Source: Thermoanaerobaculia bacterium
GTDB lineage: Bacteria > Acidobacteriota > Thermoanaerobaculia > Multivoradales > JAHZIX01
DNA length: 64,000 bases
Direction: 5' to 3'
Assembly (NCBI GenBank): GCA_027069135.1
Contig: JALXFE010000134.1
Location: forward strand, 4,684-68,683
Made by a program: the position numbers and the translations under genes. How positions within the stretch are numbered: the first letter of the stretch is position 1; the number at the start of each line of letters is the position of its first letter. Shown here piece after piece: positions 45,959 to 56,481 of the stretch. The notes under the pieces are model-generated. The model saw only the letters and a program-made list of their open reading frames with translations. It searched no databases and was not told the origin of the DNA.

Positions 45959-47869
45959 ATGCAAAAGAAATTCTTGATAACGCTGCCTCTTCTTCTGCTC
46001 GTGGCCGCAGGCTCAGCGGCGGGAGAGGAACCCTCCGTGTCGTTTCCCTGGCGAGAAGCGGGCCTCAGCCAGCGCCAGGCGGCAGCTCATCTCCTGGATC
46101 GATTCACCTTCGGCCCTCGTCCGGGAGATCTCGAGCAAGCCTTGGCGATGGGCCTCGAGACCTGGTTCGAGACGCAGCTTCAAGGGGCCCGGCCCGATGC
46201 CGAAGTCGACGACCGCTTGCAGCTCCTGGACGCCTTCGCCATGTCGGCGGTGGAGATCGCCCAGACCTTCCCGCGGCCCGGGGAGCTTCTGGCGGCGGCG
46301 GCTCGCCGAGGCTCGGTAGACCCGGAAGAGCTTCGGCGCAGGGTCAAGGACGAAGGGATGAGCGCTGAGGATCGCCGTGCCCAGCGCCAGCAGATCAGGG
46401 CTTGGGCCGCGGAGGAAGGGTATCGACCCCAGAAGGAACTCATCGCCCAGCTCTATACTCAGAAGATCTTGCGGGCTACGTATTCCGAAAATCAGCTCCA
46501 CGAAGTCCTCACGGATTTTTGGTTCAACCATTTCAACGTCTCCCTGACGGACAACCAGAGCCGGGGGTTCTTGTTCTCCTACGAGAGAGACGCCATCCGC
46601 CCGTTTCTGGTCGGGAGCTTCCGGGATCTCTTGGGGGCGACCGCCCGCCATCCCGCCATGCTCACGTATCTGGACAACGCCCAATCGAGCGCCGCGGAAG
46701 GGATGCCGACAACCTTTGAGCCCCGCGAGGCACGCCGACGAGGGCCGAGAGCGCAGGGCCGTCGGCGCCCGTCGGCCCGGCGGCGGCCGAGCGGCCTCAA
46801 CGAGAATTTTGCCCGCGAGCTCTTGGAGCTCCACACCCTGGGAGTCGATGGCGGCTACACCCAGGAGGACGTGGTTGAAGTCGCGCGGGCTTTTACCGGC
46901 TGGACGGTGGTTCCGCCGAACCGCCTCGAGTGGGTCGAGCGCCGCCTGCAGGGGGCTCGACGGGCCGGCGGGGAAGGTTTCTACCTGGAAGGGTTGTTCC
47001 TCTTTCGCGCCGACGCCCACGATGCCGGCAAGAAGAAGATTCTCGGCCATTCGTTGCCGGCGGGCCGCGGTTTGGAAGACGGCGAAGCGGTGCTCGACGT
47101 CATCGCTGCCCATCCCTCGACGGCTCGCCATTTGGCGACCAAGCTCGCGGTGCGGTTCGTGGGAGATGATCCTCCCGCATCTCTTCTCGAACGATTGGCA
47201 GGTACTTTCGAGGCCAGCAAGGGCGATATTTCCGAGGTTCTTCGGGACCTCGTGAGATCCCCGGAGTTTTGGTCCCCGGAAGCGGTGCGTCAGAAGGTCA
47301 AATCACCTTTCGAAGTGGCGATTTCAGCGGTGCGGGCTCTGGACGGCGAGGTCTACCGGCCCCGCCAGCTGGTCGAGTGGATTTCCCGTATGGGGCAGCC
47401 CCTTTACGCGTACCAGGCTCCGACGGGTTTCCCGGATCGTGGGGAGGCCTGGGTGAATACCGGATCTCTGTTGAATCGTATGAATTTCGGCCTCCAACTC
47501 GCCTCCGGGGCCATTCGCGGAGTGGACTTCGACCTGGAGCTGCTCAACGGTGGCCTCGAGCCGGAATCTGTCGAGGATGCTCTGCAAATCTACGTGTCGT
47601 TGCTCCTGCCGGAGAGGCCCTCAGAACCGGTGCTTCGCCAGTTGGGCCCGGTCGTTCGGTCCCCGGAGCTGGCGCAACGCCTCGCTAAGGCCGCGGGGTC
47701 CTCGAGCTCCGGAACCCCTCCGGATCTAGGCCTCGAAGATCCGGACCCTGGAGGTTCCTTCGCAGTTTCCGACGAAGTCCTTCCGGGTATTTCTGCTCGC
47801 GAGTCCCACGTTATCTTGGCGCAGGTCGTCGGTGTGATCCTGGGGTCGCCGGAATTCCAGCGGCGCTGA
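45959..47869 (+). CDS. DUF1800 family protein
   Basis: HLLDRFTFG, DFWFNHFNV, HPAMLTYLDN, NENFARELLELHTLG, SPEFQRR. Confidence 0.92.
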   Translation: MQKKFLITLPLLLLVAAGSAAGEEPSVSFPWREAGLSQRQAAAHLLDRFTFGPRPGDLEQALAMGLETWFETQLQGARPDAEVDDRLQLLDAFAMSAVEIAQTFPRPGELLAAAARRGSVDPEELRRRVKDEGMSAEDRRAQRQQIRAWAAEEGYRPQKELIAQLYTQKILRATYSENQLHEVLTDFWFNHFNVSLTDNQSRGFLFSYERDAIRPFLVGSFRDLLGATARHPAMLTYLDNAQSSAAEGMPTTFEPREARRRGPRAQGRRRPSARRRPSGLNENFARELLELHTLGVDGGYTQEDVVEVARAFTGWTVVPPNRLEWVERRLQGARRAGGEGFYLEGLFLFRADAHDAGKKKILGHSLPAGRGLEDGEAVLDVIAAHPSTARHLATKLAVRFVGDDPPASLLERLAGTFEASKGDISEVLRDLVRSPEFWSPEAVRQKVKSPFEVAISAVRALDGEVYRPRQLVEWISRMGQPLYAYQAPTGFPDRGEAWVNTGSLLNRMNFGLQLASGAIRGVDFDLELLNGGLEPESVEDALQIYVSLLLPERPSEPVLRQLGPVVRSPELAQRLAKAAGSSSSGTPPDLGLEDPDPGGSFAVSDEVLPGISARESHVILAQVVGVILGSPEFQRR

Positions 47870-47889
47870 GCAAGAAAGGAGACGGCATC

Positions 47890-49170
47890 ATGGAGTTCGA
47901 TCGCAGAGCTTTCTTCAAGAGCGGTGGCTTGGCCCTGCTCTCCCTGGGTGTGGGCCCCTCGTTTTTGGGACGAGTCGCCTTCGGGGCGGCTGCTCCGGAG
48001 CCGTTTCGGCGGCGCAAGGTCTTGGTGACGATTTTTCAGCGGGGAGCCATGGACGGCTTGATGGCCGTCCCGACTCTCGAAGACGATAAATTGCGCTCGT
48101 TGCGGCCCCGGCTGGTCCTGAGCGCTGCCCGCACTCGGCGAGGCGCTGTGGAGCAGGATGCCATCGCCCGAGATCTGGACGGACGTTTCGGCCTCCACCC
48201 GGCCTTCGATCCCCTCGTCCCCATGTGGAAAGACGGTCGCTTGGGAATCGTTCACGCCGTCGGATCGCCGGATCCGACCCGCTCTCACTTCGATGCGCAG
48301 GATTATATGGAGACCGGAACTCCGGGCCGAAAAGGCACGCCGACGGGTTGGCTCAACCGCGTTTCAGGCCTCTTGGGACACGATGCCACGCCCTGGCGGT
48401 CCGTGGCCATGGCTTCCGCTCTGCCGAGGTCTTTCTACGGGCCCGAACCGTCCTTGGCCGTGACAGATCTGAAGGATTTCCGGGTGCGCTTGCCCACCGC
48501 AGATGGCGCGGCCAAGGTCGCCGGTAAGGGGTTCGAGGCTCTCTATGAGGAGACCTCCCAGGAGCTCCTCCGAGATACGGCGGGAGATACCTTCGAAGCT
48601 CTGGGAATGCTGAGCCAGGAGCGCCTCCGCTCCTATCGGCCATCCGGAGGGGCGCAATATCCCAAGACCCCGCTGGGCGTGAGCCTGCGCCAGATCGCCT
48701 TCTTGATCAAATCCAACGTGGGACTGGAGGTCGCCTTCGCCGAGTCCGGGGGTTGGGACACCCACGTCAACCAGGGGGTGACCACCGGTAGTTTCGCCCG
48801 TCAGGCCACAGATTTAGCCCGCGGTATCGCCGCTTTTTGGGCAGATCTCGGCACGCACCGGGACGATGTTCTGGTGATGACCATGACGGAATTCGGCCGC
48901 ACGGTGGCGGAAAACGGCTCCGGCGGCACGGATCACGGCCATGGCTCCTGCCTTTTCGTGCTTGGCAACCAGGTGGCCGGCGGTCGGGTCTATGGCGATT
49001 TCCCGGGTCTCGGCACCAAAGATCTCTACGAAGGGCGCGATCTGCCGGTGACCACGGACTTCCGCTCGGTCTTTGCCTCCGTCGCCGAGGGGCATCTCGG
49101 TATCCGTGACGACGGCACCCTCTTCCCGGGGTGGAAAGGGCCACGGATCCCCTTGATCAAGAAGGCTTGA
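47890..49170 (+). CDS. DUF1501 family Tat-exported protein
   Basis: DRRAFFK twin-Arg signal, FQRGAMDGL, RSHFDAQ, GWDTHVNQ, TEFGRT, GTDHG. Confidence 0.92.
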   Translation: MEFDRRAFFKSGGLALLSLGVGPSFLGRVAFGAAAPEPFRRRKVLVTIFQRGAMDGLMAVPTLEDDKLRSLRPRLVLSAARTRRGAVEQDAIARDLDGRFGLHPAFDPLVPMWKDGRLGIVHAVGSPDPTRSHFDAQDYMETGTPGRKGTPTGWLNRVSGLLGHDATPWRSVAMASALPRSFYGPEPSLAVTDLKDFRVRLPTADGAAKVAGKGFEALYEETSQELLRDTAGDTFEALGMLSQERLRSYRPSGGAQYPKTPLGVSLRQIAFLIKSNVGLEVAFAESGGWDTHVNQGVTTGSFARQATDLARGIAAFWADLGTHRDDVLVMTMTEFGRTVAENGSGGTDHGHGSCLFVLGNQVAGGRVYGDFPGLGTKDLYEGRDLPVTTDFRSVFASVAEGHLGIRDDGTLFPGWKGPRIPLIKKA

Positions 49171-49201
49171 GGGGCGCCCCCGTCCCCTTCTACGAGGCTG
49201 C

Positions 49202-50098
49202 CTAAGCCTCCGGGGGACCGGGAAGCACTCGTTTCCCCTGCTCGTCATAGCGATAGACGCCCCTACCGACCTTGCGGCCCAGGCGCCCGGCGCGGACGTG
49301 CTGGATGAGGAGGTTCGAGGGGCGGTAGGTCTCGCCCAGAGTGCGGTGGAGGTAGGTGAGGATCGAAAGCCGGACATCGAGGCCGACCAAGTCCACCATT
49401 TCAAACGGGCCCATGGGATGATTGAGGCCGAGCTTCAGGGCTTTGTCGATGTCTTCCGCGCTGGCGACGCCGGATTCCAACATGCGGAAGGCCTCGTTGC
49501 CGATCAGGGCGTTGATCCGGCTGGTCACGAAGCCCGGGCTTTCGTTGACCAGGACGGTTTCCTTTCCCATGCGCAGGGAGACCGCGGTGATCCGGTCGAT
49601 GGTCTCCTGGGACGTCTCCAGACCTCGAACGATTTCGATGAGTTTCATGATGTGGACCGGGTTGAAGAAATGCATCCCGGCGAAGCGCTCCGGTCGGTCC
49701 GAAGCCCCGGCCATCTCGGTGATGGAAAGCCCGGAAGTATTGCTCGCGAAGATGGCGGCAGCCGGGGCGTGCCGGGCCACATCGGCGAAGACCTGGACTT
49801 TGAGGGTGACATCTTCCGGAACCGCCTCGATCACCAGATCCGCGTCTTCGACGGCCGCCTCCAGATGATGGAGGAAGCGCAGGCGAGCCTGTGTGCCGGC
49901 CCGGTCTTCGCCAGAGATCTTCCCCAGCGCAACACCCTTTTCGAGGTTCCGCGAGATGGCCTTCTCAGCCGTTTCGAGAGCGTCTTCGCTAACGTCGAAG
50001 AGGGCTGTTTCGTAGCCGGCGAGAGCTGCGACATGGGCAATGCCCCGGCCCATGGTGCCGGAGCCGAGGACGGCGAGATTGCGGAGGGTATGGCTCAT
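49202..50098 (-). CDS. 3-hydroxyacyl-CoA (3-hydroxybutyryl-CoA) dehydrogenase
   Basis: GSGTMGRGI, EAVPE, ASNTSGL, GMHFFNP, HPMGPF, GRKVGRG. Confidence 0.93.
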   Translation of the reverse strand: MSHTLRNLAVLGSGTMGRGIAHVAALAGYETALFDVSEDALETAEKAISRNLEKGVALGKISGEDRAGTQARLRFLHHLEAAVEDADLVIEAVPEDVTLKVQVFADVARHAPAAAIFASNTSGLSITEMAGASDRPERFAGMHFFNPVHIMKLIEIVRGLETSQETIDRITAVSLRMGKETVLVNESPGFVTSRINALIGNEAFRMLESGVASAEDIDKALKLGLNHPMGPFEMVDLVGLDVRLSILTYLHRTLGETYRPSNLLIQHVRAGRLGRKVGRGVYRYDEQGKRVLPGPPEA

Positions 50099-50120
50099 AG
50101 CAGTGTTTCGGGGCCCGTTC

Positions 50121-50780
50121 CTAGGACATGGGGATGGCCGAAAGGCCGGTGGTCTTGGTCATCAGGGATCGCAACTCATCGGCGATGGCCAACGAGCTTC
50201 GGGTGGCGGCAGTGGCCTGCTCCTGTAGCTGGGTCGTCGTACAGTGAACGGCCAGGAAGTCTCGGGCCCAAACGTGGTGGTGCACCTCGTCCGGCTGGAT
50301 GATCGTCTCGTAGAGTTCCGCGGTCTTGAAATCTCCGGCGGAGCGGCAAAAGGCGATGAATTGGTTGTTGCGCACCCGAGCGACCGCCTCGCAGGCGAAG
50401 GGTCCGGCGGCGATGCGCTCAACGGAGTTGGTGAGCGCCCGAAGGTATTGGAAGAGCGGTGAATAGCCACTTTCCAGGGGGTCGAAGGAGCTCATGTCGG
50501 CCCCCAGAGCTTCCAACCGCTCCATGATCAAATGGTAGTGCTTCATCTCGTCGCCGCATTGGGCCGCCAGGAGACGTTTGGCGTCGATCTCCGGTGTCGA
50601 GGGCATCCAGGCGGCAGCGAGCTCGCTGGCCTCGAGCTCACTTTTCAAGGCCATTTTCAGGAGGTGAATCACCTCCGGCTGGCCGTCAGATTCGGATTCG
50701 AGAATCTCCAGGTCGCCGAGATGCGAAAAGAGGGTCTCCATCTCGATGACCAACGAGGTGAGGAATTCTTGACTGTCCAT
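50121..50780 (-). CDS. Ferritin-like di-iron domain protein
   Basis: Helical, with E...DEMKH and E...DEVHH ligand sets. Confidence 0.75.
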   Translation of the reverse strand: MDSQEFLTSLVIEMETLFSHLGDLEILESESDGQPEVIHLLKMALKSELEASELAAAWMPSTPEIDAKRLLAAQCGDEMKHYHLIMERLEALGADMSSFDPLESGYSPLFQYLRALTNSVERIAAGPFACEAVARVRNNQFIAFCRSAGDFKTAELYETIIQPDEVHHHVWARDFLAVHCTTTQLQEQATAATRSSLAIADELRSLMTKTTGLSAIPMS

Positions 50781-51131
50781 GAAACGGCCTCCTCGAATTC
50801 GATGAACCTTCCGATCTCCCGGGAGGGAAGAATCTGTAGGGGCGGGTCTTGTGCCTGCCCTGGTCCCAGGCGACCCTAAGGATCGCCCCCACAAGAACTG
50901 CTTGGGCCTTGCGTGCATGCGGGATGGACCCACGCCGCGAGTCTACTGCATAGAAGCGGCGAGGGATTCCTCCGGAGCTCGTCGGGTCGCTGTGAGGTCA
51001 TGGGCCCAGGGAAGGACCTCAAGGCGGTAGAATACTCTCCGCCAAGTATTCGAATTCTCTTTCCCGACCCGGAGACGCCCTTGATTCAGATTCCTTCGAA
51101 GCAGGCTCTTTCCCGTTGGACACCCACGGCC

Positions 51132-51986
51132 ATGTTCGCCGCGGCTTTGGCGTTCGGAGCATCCGCCGGCTGGGGCCAAACCCCTTTGGGACCGGTTCAG
51201 GGGGGAACCTTTCAGGGCCTCCTGGAGCTCCCCGACGACGAGGTCCCGATGGCGTACGTGCCCGGATCTTTGGACCGTGCGGCGCGGCTGCAGCTACGGC
51301 TCAAAGCGGTGTACCACCGCCTGGCGACCTGGATGAAGCTCGAGGAAGGCTTCAAGGTTCTGGTGCTTTCTCCTCGAGAATGGCAGGCTCTGGACGCGTC
51401 CCAGCCCTATGGCTTTCCCTTGCGAGTGGATCTTTCGACAGCAGCCGTCGCCGCCTGGGGGACGCCGGAAACGGTAGAGCTCTGGCGAGGAATACTGGGC
51501 TCTCTGCCGAAACCCGGCGGATTCTCCGCCCGAGGAAGCCGAGACGAGGTCGCGAGCCTCCTTCTGGCGGATGCCATCGTCGAGATGGAGCTTTGTCGGA
51601 CCGTCGTCCATCGCCAACAGCTGGCCGGGGGGCCGGAGGGTCTTTGGCTCAGCGATCTTCTGGGGCATATCGTCTGCGCTACAGCGGATCGACTGGTCGA
51701 AGAGCCCAATCCGACTCCCCTACTGCCTCTTCTTACCACCGCTGCGGCTTCCGGCGGAGGTGCGGGCATTCCGCCCGAGGCCTACGGCGACGAGCTCGAC
51801 AGCGGTCGGTGGCTGGCCTACCAAGCCCACTTCGCCCGCGGTGCTCAGCTCGTTTGGGAGGAGGGCGGAAAGCGAGCGGTGCGCCGACTGATGAGGATGC
51901 GCCGACGCAAGGGCTCGCCGTTGGTATTCGAGGATCTCCTCGTCCCCTTTCCGAGTTTGAAGGCCTGGCGCGATTCCGGAGTTTGA
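51132..51986 (+). CDS. Hypothetical secreted protein
   Basis: Signal-like N-terminus and a long ORF with protein-like composition. Start is uncertain. Confidence 0.6.
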   Translation: MFAAALAFGASAGWGQTPLGPVQGGTFQGLLELPDDEVPMAYVPGSLDRAARLQLRLKAVYHRLATWMKLEEGFKVLVLSPREWQALDASQPYGFPLRVDLSTAAVAAWGTPETVELWRGILGSLPKPGGFSARGSRDEVASLLLADAIVEMELCRTVVHRQQLAGGPEGLWLSDLLGHIVCATADRLVEEPNPTPLLPLLTTAAASGGGAGIPPEAYGDELDSGRWLAYQAHFARGAQLVWEEGGKRAVRRLMRMRRRKGSPLVFEDLLVPFPSLKAWRDSGV

Positions 51987-52193
51987 TTCTCTTCCCGGCT
52001 CTTGTCCCATCCGCGGGACCTGGGGGCACCTTCTGAACACTGAGGTGGTGTTCGATTTTGGGATTTTCCATTCCCGAAATCGATCACCAAAGCGGCGCAA
52101 CTCATGGGGTTTTCTTGCGTAGAGTCAGCCAGTAGAGAGCTCGGAGACGCCGGAACTCGGCACCCATTTGAAGATGGAATCGACACGGTCCTC

Positions 52194-52208
52194 TGGCATG
52201 GGTCTTGC
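52194..52208 (+). promoter_or_regulatory. Sigma-54 -24/-12 promoter of the efflux operon
   Basis: TGGCAT-GGGTC-TTGC with canonical spacing, ~40 nt upstream of the adaptor gene. Confidence 0.75.
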
Positions 52209-52250
52209 CATTGTTCAGATGGGTTCGTATTGGTTCATGGAGGAAGTACG

Positions 52251-53504
52251 TTGGACATACCGCGCGAAGGAATCGCAGAACAGAAGCGCCGGAAGCGCAT
52301 TATTTACGGCGTCATAGCCGGCGTACTCTTGGTGGGCGCCTGGGTCGGTGTCTCGAGCCTGGAGCCCGCTGCCCGCTCCGTGGAGAAGTCTTCCTTATAT
52401 ATCGGTCGCGTCGAGCGCGGCGAGATGCTGCGGGCCGTACGGGGCCCCGGCACTCTGGTCCCGGAGGAGATTCGCTGGATCGGCGCCCTGACGGACGGTC
52501 GCGTCGAACGGATTCTCATCAAAGCGGGTACCACCGTCGATCCCAGCAGCATCATCATGGAGCTTACCAATCCCACCGTGGAGCGGGCGGCTCAGGATGC
52601 AGAGTTGCAAGTCCGGGCAGGCCTTGCAGATTTGGACAATCTACGGATTCGTCTCGACAGCGATCTGCTCAACCAGCAAGCGGCGGCGGCGGCCATCGAG
52701 GCGGACCTCCGAGAGGCTGAGCTAGAGGCTGAGGCGAATGAAGAGCTGTCGAAAGACGGGCTCATTTCCGAGATCGAGTTGCGACGGTCCCAGATTCGTG
52801 CCAAGCAGCTGGAGAATCGCCATGGCATCGAGCAGCAGCGGTTGTTGAAGGCCGAAGAATCTCGCGTGGCACAACTCGGAGCCCAACGAGCCCGGTTCCG
52901 GCAGGCAGAGGCTCTCTATGAGCTGCGGCAGCGAGAGCTGGAATCCCTGAAAGTTCGGCCGAGTCTCAGCGGCGTGCTGCAGGAGGTCCCGGTCGAGGAG
53001 GGCCAGCAGGTCTCTCCGGGAACGAATCTGGCCCGTGTCGCCCGCCCGGATCTGCTCAAGGCGGAGCTGAGGATCGCGGAAACTCAAGCTCGGGATATTC
53101 AAGTAGGCCAGGTCGCGAGCATCGATACCCGCAACGGGGTGATTGAGGGGCGAGTGGTCCGCATCGATCCCGCCGCCCAGGATGGTACGGTGACCGTGGA
53201 CGTCACCTTGGTCGGAGATTTACCCAAGGGAGCACGCCCCCAGCAGAGTGTCGATGGAACGATCGAGTTAGAGCGCCTGGAGGACGTTCTCTACGTCAGT
53301 CGGCCGGCGTATGGCCAGCCCTTCAGCACCATCGGCCTGTTCAAGTTGGCCGCCGACGGAGCCGCCGCATCTCGGGTTCAAGTAGAGTTGGGGCGGGCGT
53401 CGGTGACGACCTTCGAGATCATCCGTGGTCTGAATGAAGGGGACCAGGTAATCCTTTCGGACACGGCAAATTACGACAGCGAGGACCGATTGCGGCTGCG
53501 TTGA
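52251..53504 (+). CDS. HlyD/MacA-type periplasmic adaptor subunit
   Basis: N-terminal TM segment, VRGPGTLVP, long alpha-hairpin, GQQVSPGTNLARV, GLNEGDQVILSD. TTG start after GGAGG. Confidence 0.9.
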   Translation: MDIPREGIAEQKRRKRIIYGVIAGVLLVGAWVGVSSLEPAARSVEKSSLYIGRVERGEMLRAVRGPGTLVPEEIRWIGALTDGRVERILIKAGTTVDPSSIIMELTNPTVERAAQDAELQVRAGLADLDNLRIRLDSDLLNQQAAAAAIEADLREAELEAEANEELSKDGLISEIELRRSQIRAKQLENRHGIEQQRLLKAEESRVAQLGAQRARFRQAEALYELRQRELESLKVRPSLSGVLQEVPVEEGQQVSPGTNLARVARPDLLKAELRIAETQARDIQVGQVASIDTRNGVIEGRVVRIDPAAQDGTVTVDVTLVGDLPKGARPQQSVDGTIELERLEDVLYVSRPAYGQPFSTIGLFKLAADGAAASRVQVELGRASVTTFEIIRGLNEGDQVILSDTANYDSEDRLRLR

Positions 53505-53691
53505 GTCGGCGCGCAGGAACCCAGGTTTTATGAAACCCAGATTCGATGAAACATCGTGCGGTGCTGGAGCGTCCTCTTTTCTAGAGCCATCTCTAAAGAG
53601 CTCTCCGAGAAAAAGCCGTATCAGGTCGAAATACCAGGGACGAGAAGTCTAGAACATTTTGGGCCTGCGGCCCAACGGAAAGGAGAAGTCG

Positions 53692-54396
53692 ATGAGCGAA
53701 TCCGCTCAAGCCCTCATTCACCTAGAAGGCGTCAAGAAAGTCTTCCTTACGGACGAGGTGGAGACCCACGCGCTATCCGGCATCCATATGAACATCGAAA
53801 AGGGTGAGTACGTCTCCATCGCCGGGCCCTCCGGCTGTGGAAAGTCCACGCTGCTGTCGATTCTCGGATTGCTCGATACGCCGAGCGACGGTACCTATGT
53901 CCTCAACGGCCAAAGTGTCGCCAATATCGGTTTGGCCCAGCGGGCGCGGATCCGGAATCGCGAGATCGGTTTCATCTTCCAGGCGTTCAACCTGATCGGG
54001 GACCTTACGGTTTACGAGAATGTGGAGCTTCCGCTGACCTACCGGGGAATGCCCTCCGCGGAGCGCAAGAAGCGGGTTCAGGCCGCCTTGGAGCGGGTCG
54101 GAATGGCCCACCGCATGAAGCATTATCCTTCGCAGCTTTCCGGTGGTCAGCAGCAGCGCGTGGCGGTGGCTCGAGCCGTCGTCGGTGATCCGGCGATCCT
54201 GCTCGCGGACGAACCCACCGGTAACCTCGACTCGACCAACGGCGAAGCGGTGATGGATCTTCTCAAAGAGCTCCACAACGCGGGCTCTACCATCTGCATG
54301 GTGACCCATGACCAGCGCTACGCGGATTATGCTTCCCGGACGGTAAACCTCTTCGACGGACGCATCGTCGACGAGGACAACGCCGAGGTAGCTTGA
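53692..54396 (+). CDS. ABC transporter ATP-binding protein (MacB/LolD-like)
   Basis: GPSGCGKS, LSGGQQQRVAVARA, LADEPTGNLD, VTHD. Confidence 0.95.
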   Translation: MSESAQALIHLEGVKKVFLTDEVETHALSGIHMNIEKGEYVSIAGPSGCGKSTLLSILGLLDTPSDGTYVLNGQSVANIGLAQRARIRNREIGFIFQAFNLIGDLTVYENVELPLTYRGMPSAERKKRVQAALERVGMAHRMKHYPSQLSGGQQQRVAVARAVVGDPAILLADEPTGNLDSTNGEAVMDLLKELHNAGSTICMVTHDQRYADYASRTVNLFDGRIVDEDNAEVA

Positions 54397-54400
54397 AGCC

Positions 54401-55075
54401 TTGGAACCGCTGATTCGGCTGCGCAATCTCGAGCGCTTCTACGAGAACCCCCACGGTCGGACCTACGTGCTTCGGCGGATCAATCTCGAGGTCCAACCGG
54501 GGGAGTTTGTCTCGGCCATGGGGCCCTCCGGAGCCGGAAAATCAACGCTGCTCCATATTCTGGGAATGTTGGACGGGGGGTGGCAGGGAGAGTATTTTCT
54601 CGATGGCCATCCCGTTCACGACCTCAATCGCAAGCGACGAAACGCTCTCCACAAGGAGTTCATCGGCTTCGTCTTCCAGAGCTACCATCTGCTCGACGAC
54701 CTGACGGTCTACGAGAACTTGGACCTGCCGCTCTCCTACAAAGGAATCAAGCGCAAGGAGCGGGAGAGCATGGTGTGTGACACCCTGGACCGTTTCAATA
54801 TCGTCGGCAAGCGGGATCTCTTTCCGAATCAGCTCTCCGGTGGACAGCAGCAATTGGTGGCCGTCGCGCGGGCGGTGATCACCAATCCTCGTTTGATCCT
54901 TGCCGATGAGCCGACGGGCAATCTCCACACCAGCCAGGGGCAGGAGATCATGGAGCTTTTCCAGAGGCTGAATGCCGAAGGCACAACGATTCTCCAGGTC
55001 ACGCACTCGGAGGCCAACGCAGCTTTCGGGAACCGGGTCATCAACCTCCTCGACGGCTGGATCGTTGACGATTAG
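54401..55075 (+). CDS. Second ABC transporter ATP-binding protein (MacB/LolD-like)
   Basis: GPSGAGKS, LSGGQQQLVAVARA, DEPTGNLH, VTHS. Confidence 0.93.
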   Translation: MEPLIRLRNLERFYENPHGRTYVLRRINLEVQPGEFVSAMGPSGAGKSTLLHILGMLDGGWQGEYFLDGHPVHDLNRKRRNALHKEFIGFVFQSYHLLDDLTVYENLDLPLSYKGIKRKERESMVCDTLDRFNIVGKRDLFPNQLSGGQQQLVAVARAVITNPRLILADEPTGNLHTSQGQEIMELFQRLNAEGTTILQVTHSEANAAFGNRVINLLDGWIVDD

Positions 55076-55105
55076 GCCGTGCCGGATCGTTCGAGGTCTG
55101 GAGGA

Positions 55106-56464
55106 ATGAAGCTGCCGCGGGTACTGGTCGCCGACGACCAACGCGATGTCCTCGAAGCCTTACGCATGTTGCTCAAGAGTGAGGGCTTCGAGGCTCGTTG
55201 CGCCACCTCCCCGGCGGAGGTCTTAGAGAACATCAAGACCTCCGAGTTCGATGTCCTTCTCATGGATCTCAACTACGCCCGAGACACCACCTCCGGCCAG
55301 GAGGGGCTCGAGCTCCTGGATCGCGTCCGCCAATTGGACTCGGATCTGCCGGTCGTCGTGATGACCGCTTGGGGGAGTGTCGAGGTGGCCGTGGAAGCGA
55401 TGCGCAAAGGCGCGCGGGACTTCGTCGAAAAGCCCTGGGACAACAACCGCCTCCTCGCCATTCTGCGGACTCAGATGGCGTTGCGGCGGGCCCTCCGGAG
55501 AGGCCGGATCCTGGAGGCGGAGAACGAGGTCCTGCGGGGGGATGGCACCGTCCGGCTGATCGCTGCATCGCAGGCCATGGCACCGGTCTTGGAGCTCATC
55601 GAGCGGGTTGGACCCTCCGACGCGAATATCCTGATCACCGGGGAGAACGGTACTGGAAAGGGTGTGGTCGCGCGGGCTCTCCACGCGGCCTCCGGTCGAT
55701 CCGGACATCCGATGGTCTCGGTCAATGCCGGTGCCCTTTCCGAAGGGGTCTTCGAGAGCGAGCTCTTCGGCCATGTGAGAGGCGCTTTTACGGACGCCAA
55801 ACAGGACCGCGTCGGCCGATTCGAAATGGCCGATGGGGGCATTCTCTTCTTGGACGAGATCGCCAACGTGCCGATGGCCCAACAGGCCAAGCTCCTGCGG
55901 GTTCTGGAGACCGGCGATTTCGAACGCTTGGGCTCCTCCCGAACTCGACAGGTGGATGTGCGGGTCTTCTCTGCCACCAACGCGGACCTGGAGAAGGCCG
56001 TGGCCGAAGGACAGTTCCGGCAGGATCTCCTCTACCGTCTCAACACCATCGAGATTCGCCTTCCCCCCTTGCGCGAGAGGGGGGAGGATATCGGGCTCCT
56101 GGCCGAGCTCTTTCTTGGCCGGCACGCTCAGCATTATCGCCGCCCGGGGTGCCCCTTCAGCGATGATGCCCGTCGCGCGCTTCTCGGCCATGATTGGCCG
56201 GGAAACGTTCGCGAGCTGGATCATGCCGTCGAGCGGGCCGTCCTCATGTGCCGCGGTGACGAGATCGCCGCCGCTGACCTGGGGCTGGCAGGAAAAGGCG
56301 ACGGAGCCTTGCCCTCCCTGGCGGATTTGACCCTGGAAGAAGTGGAGCAGCTCCTCATCGAGAAGGCCTTGAAACGAAGCCACGGCAACGTGAAACAGGC
56401 TGCCGAAGCCCTGGGGCTGTCCCGTAGCGCCCTCTACCGCCGCCTCGAGCGGTATGGGTTGTAG
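55106..56464 (+). CDS. Sigma-54-dependent response regulator
   Basis: ADDQ...DLNY REC, GENGTGKG, GAFTDA, LDEIAN, WPGNVREL, Fis HTH. Confidence 0.95.
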   Translation: MKLPRVLVADDQRDVLEALRMLLKSEGFEARCATSPAEVLENIKTSEFDVLLMDLNYARDTTSGQEGLELLDRVRQLDSDLPVVVMTAWGSVEVAVEAMRKGARDFVEKPWDNNRLLAILRTQMALRRALRRGRILEAENEVLRGDGTVRLIAASQAMAPVLELIERVGPSDANILITGENGTGKGVVARALHAASGRSGHPMVSVNAGALSEGVFESELFGHVRGAFTDAKQDRVGRFEMADGGILFLDEIANVPMAQQAKLLRVLETGDFERLGSSRTRQVDVRVFSATNADLEKAVAEGQFRQDLLYRLNTIEIRLPPLRERGEDIGLLAELFLGRHAQHYRRPGCPFSDDARRALLGHDWPGNVRELDHAVERAVLMCRGDEIAAADLGLAGKGDGALPSLADLTLEEVEQLLIEKALKRSHGNVKQAAEALGLSRSALYRRLERYGL

Positions 56465-56481
56465 GGGCGAGGTCGATTCAT

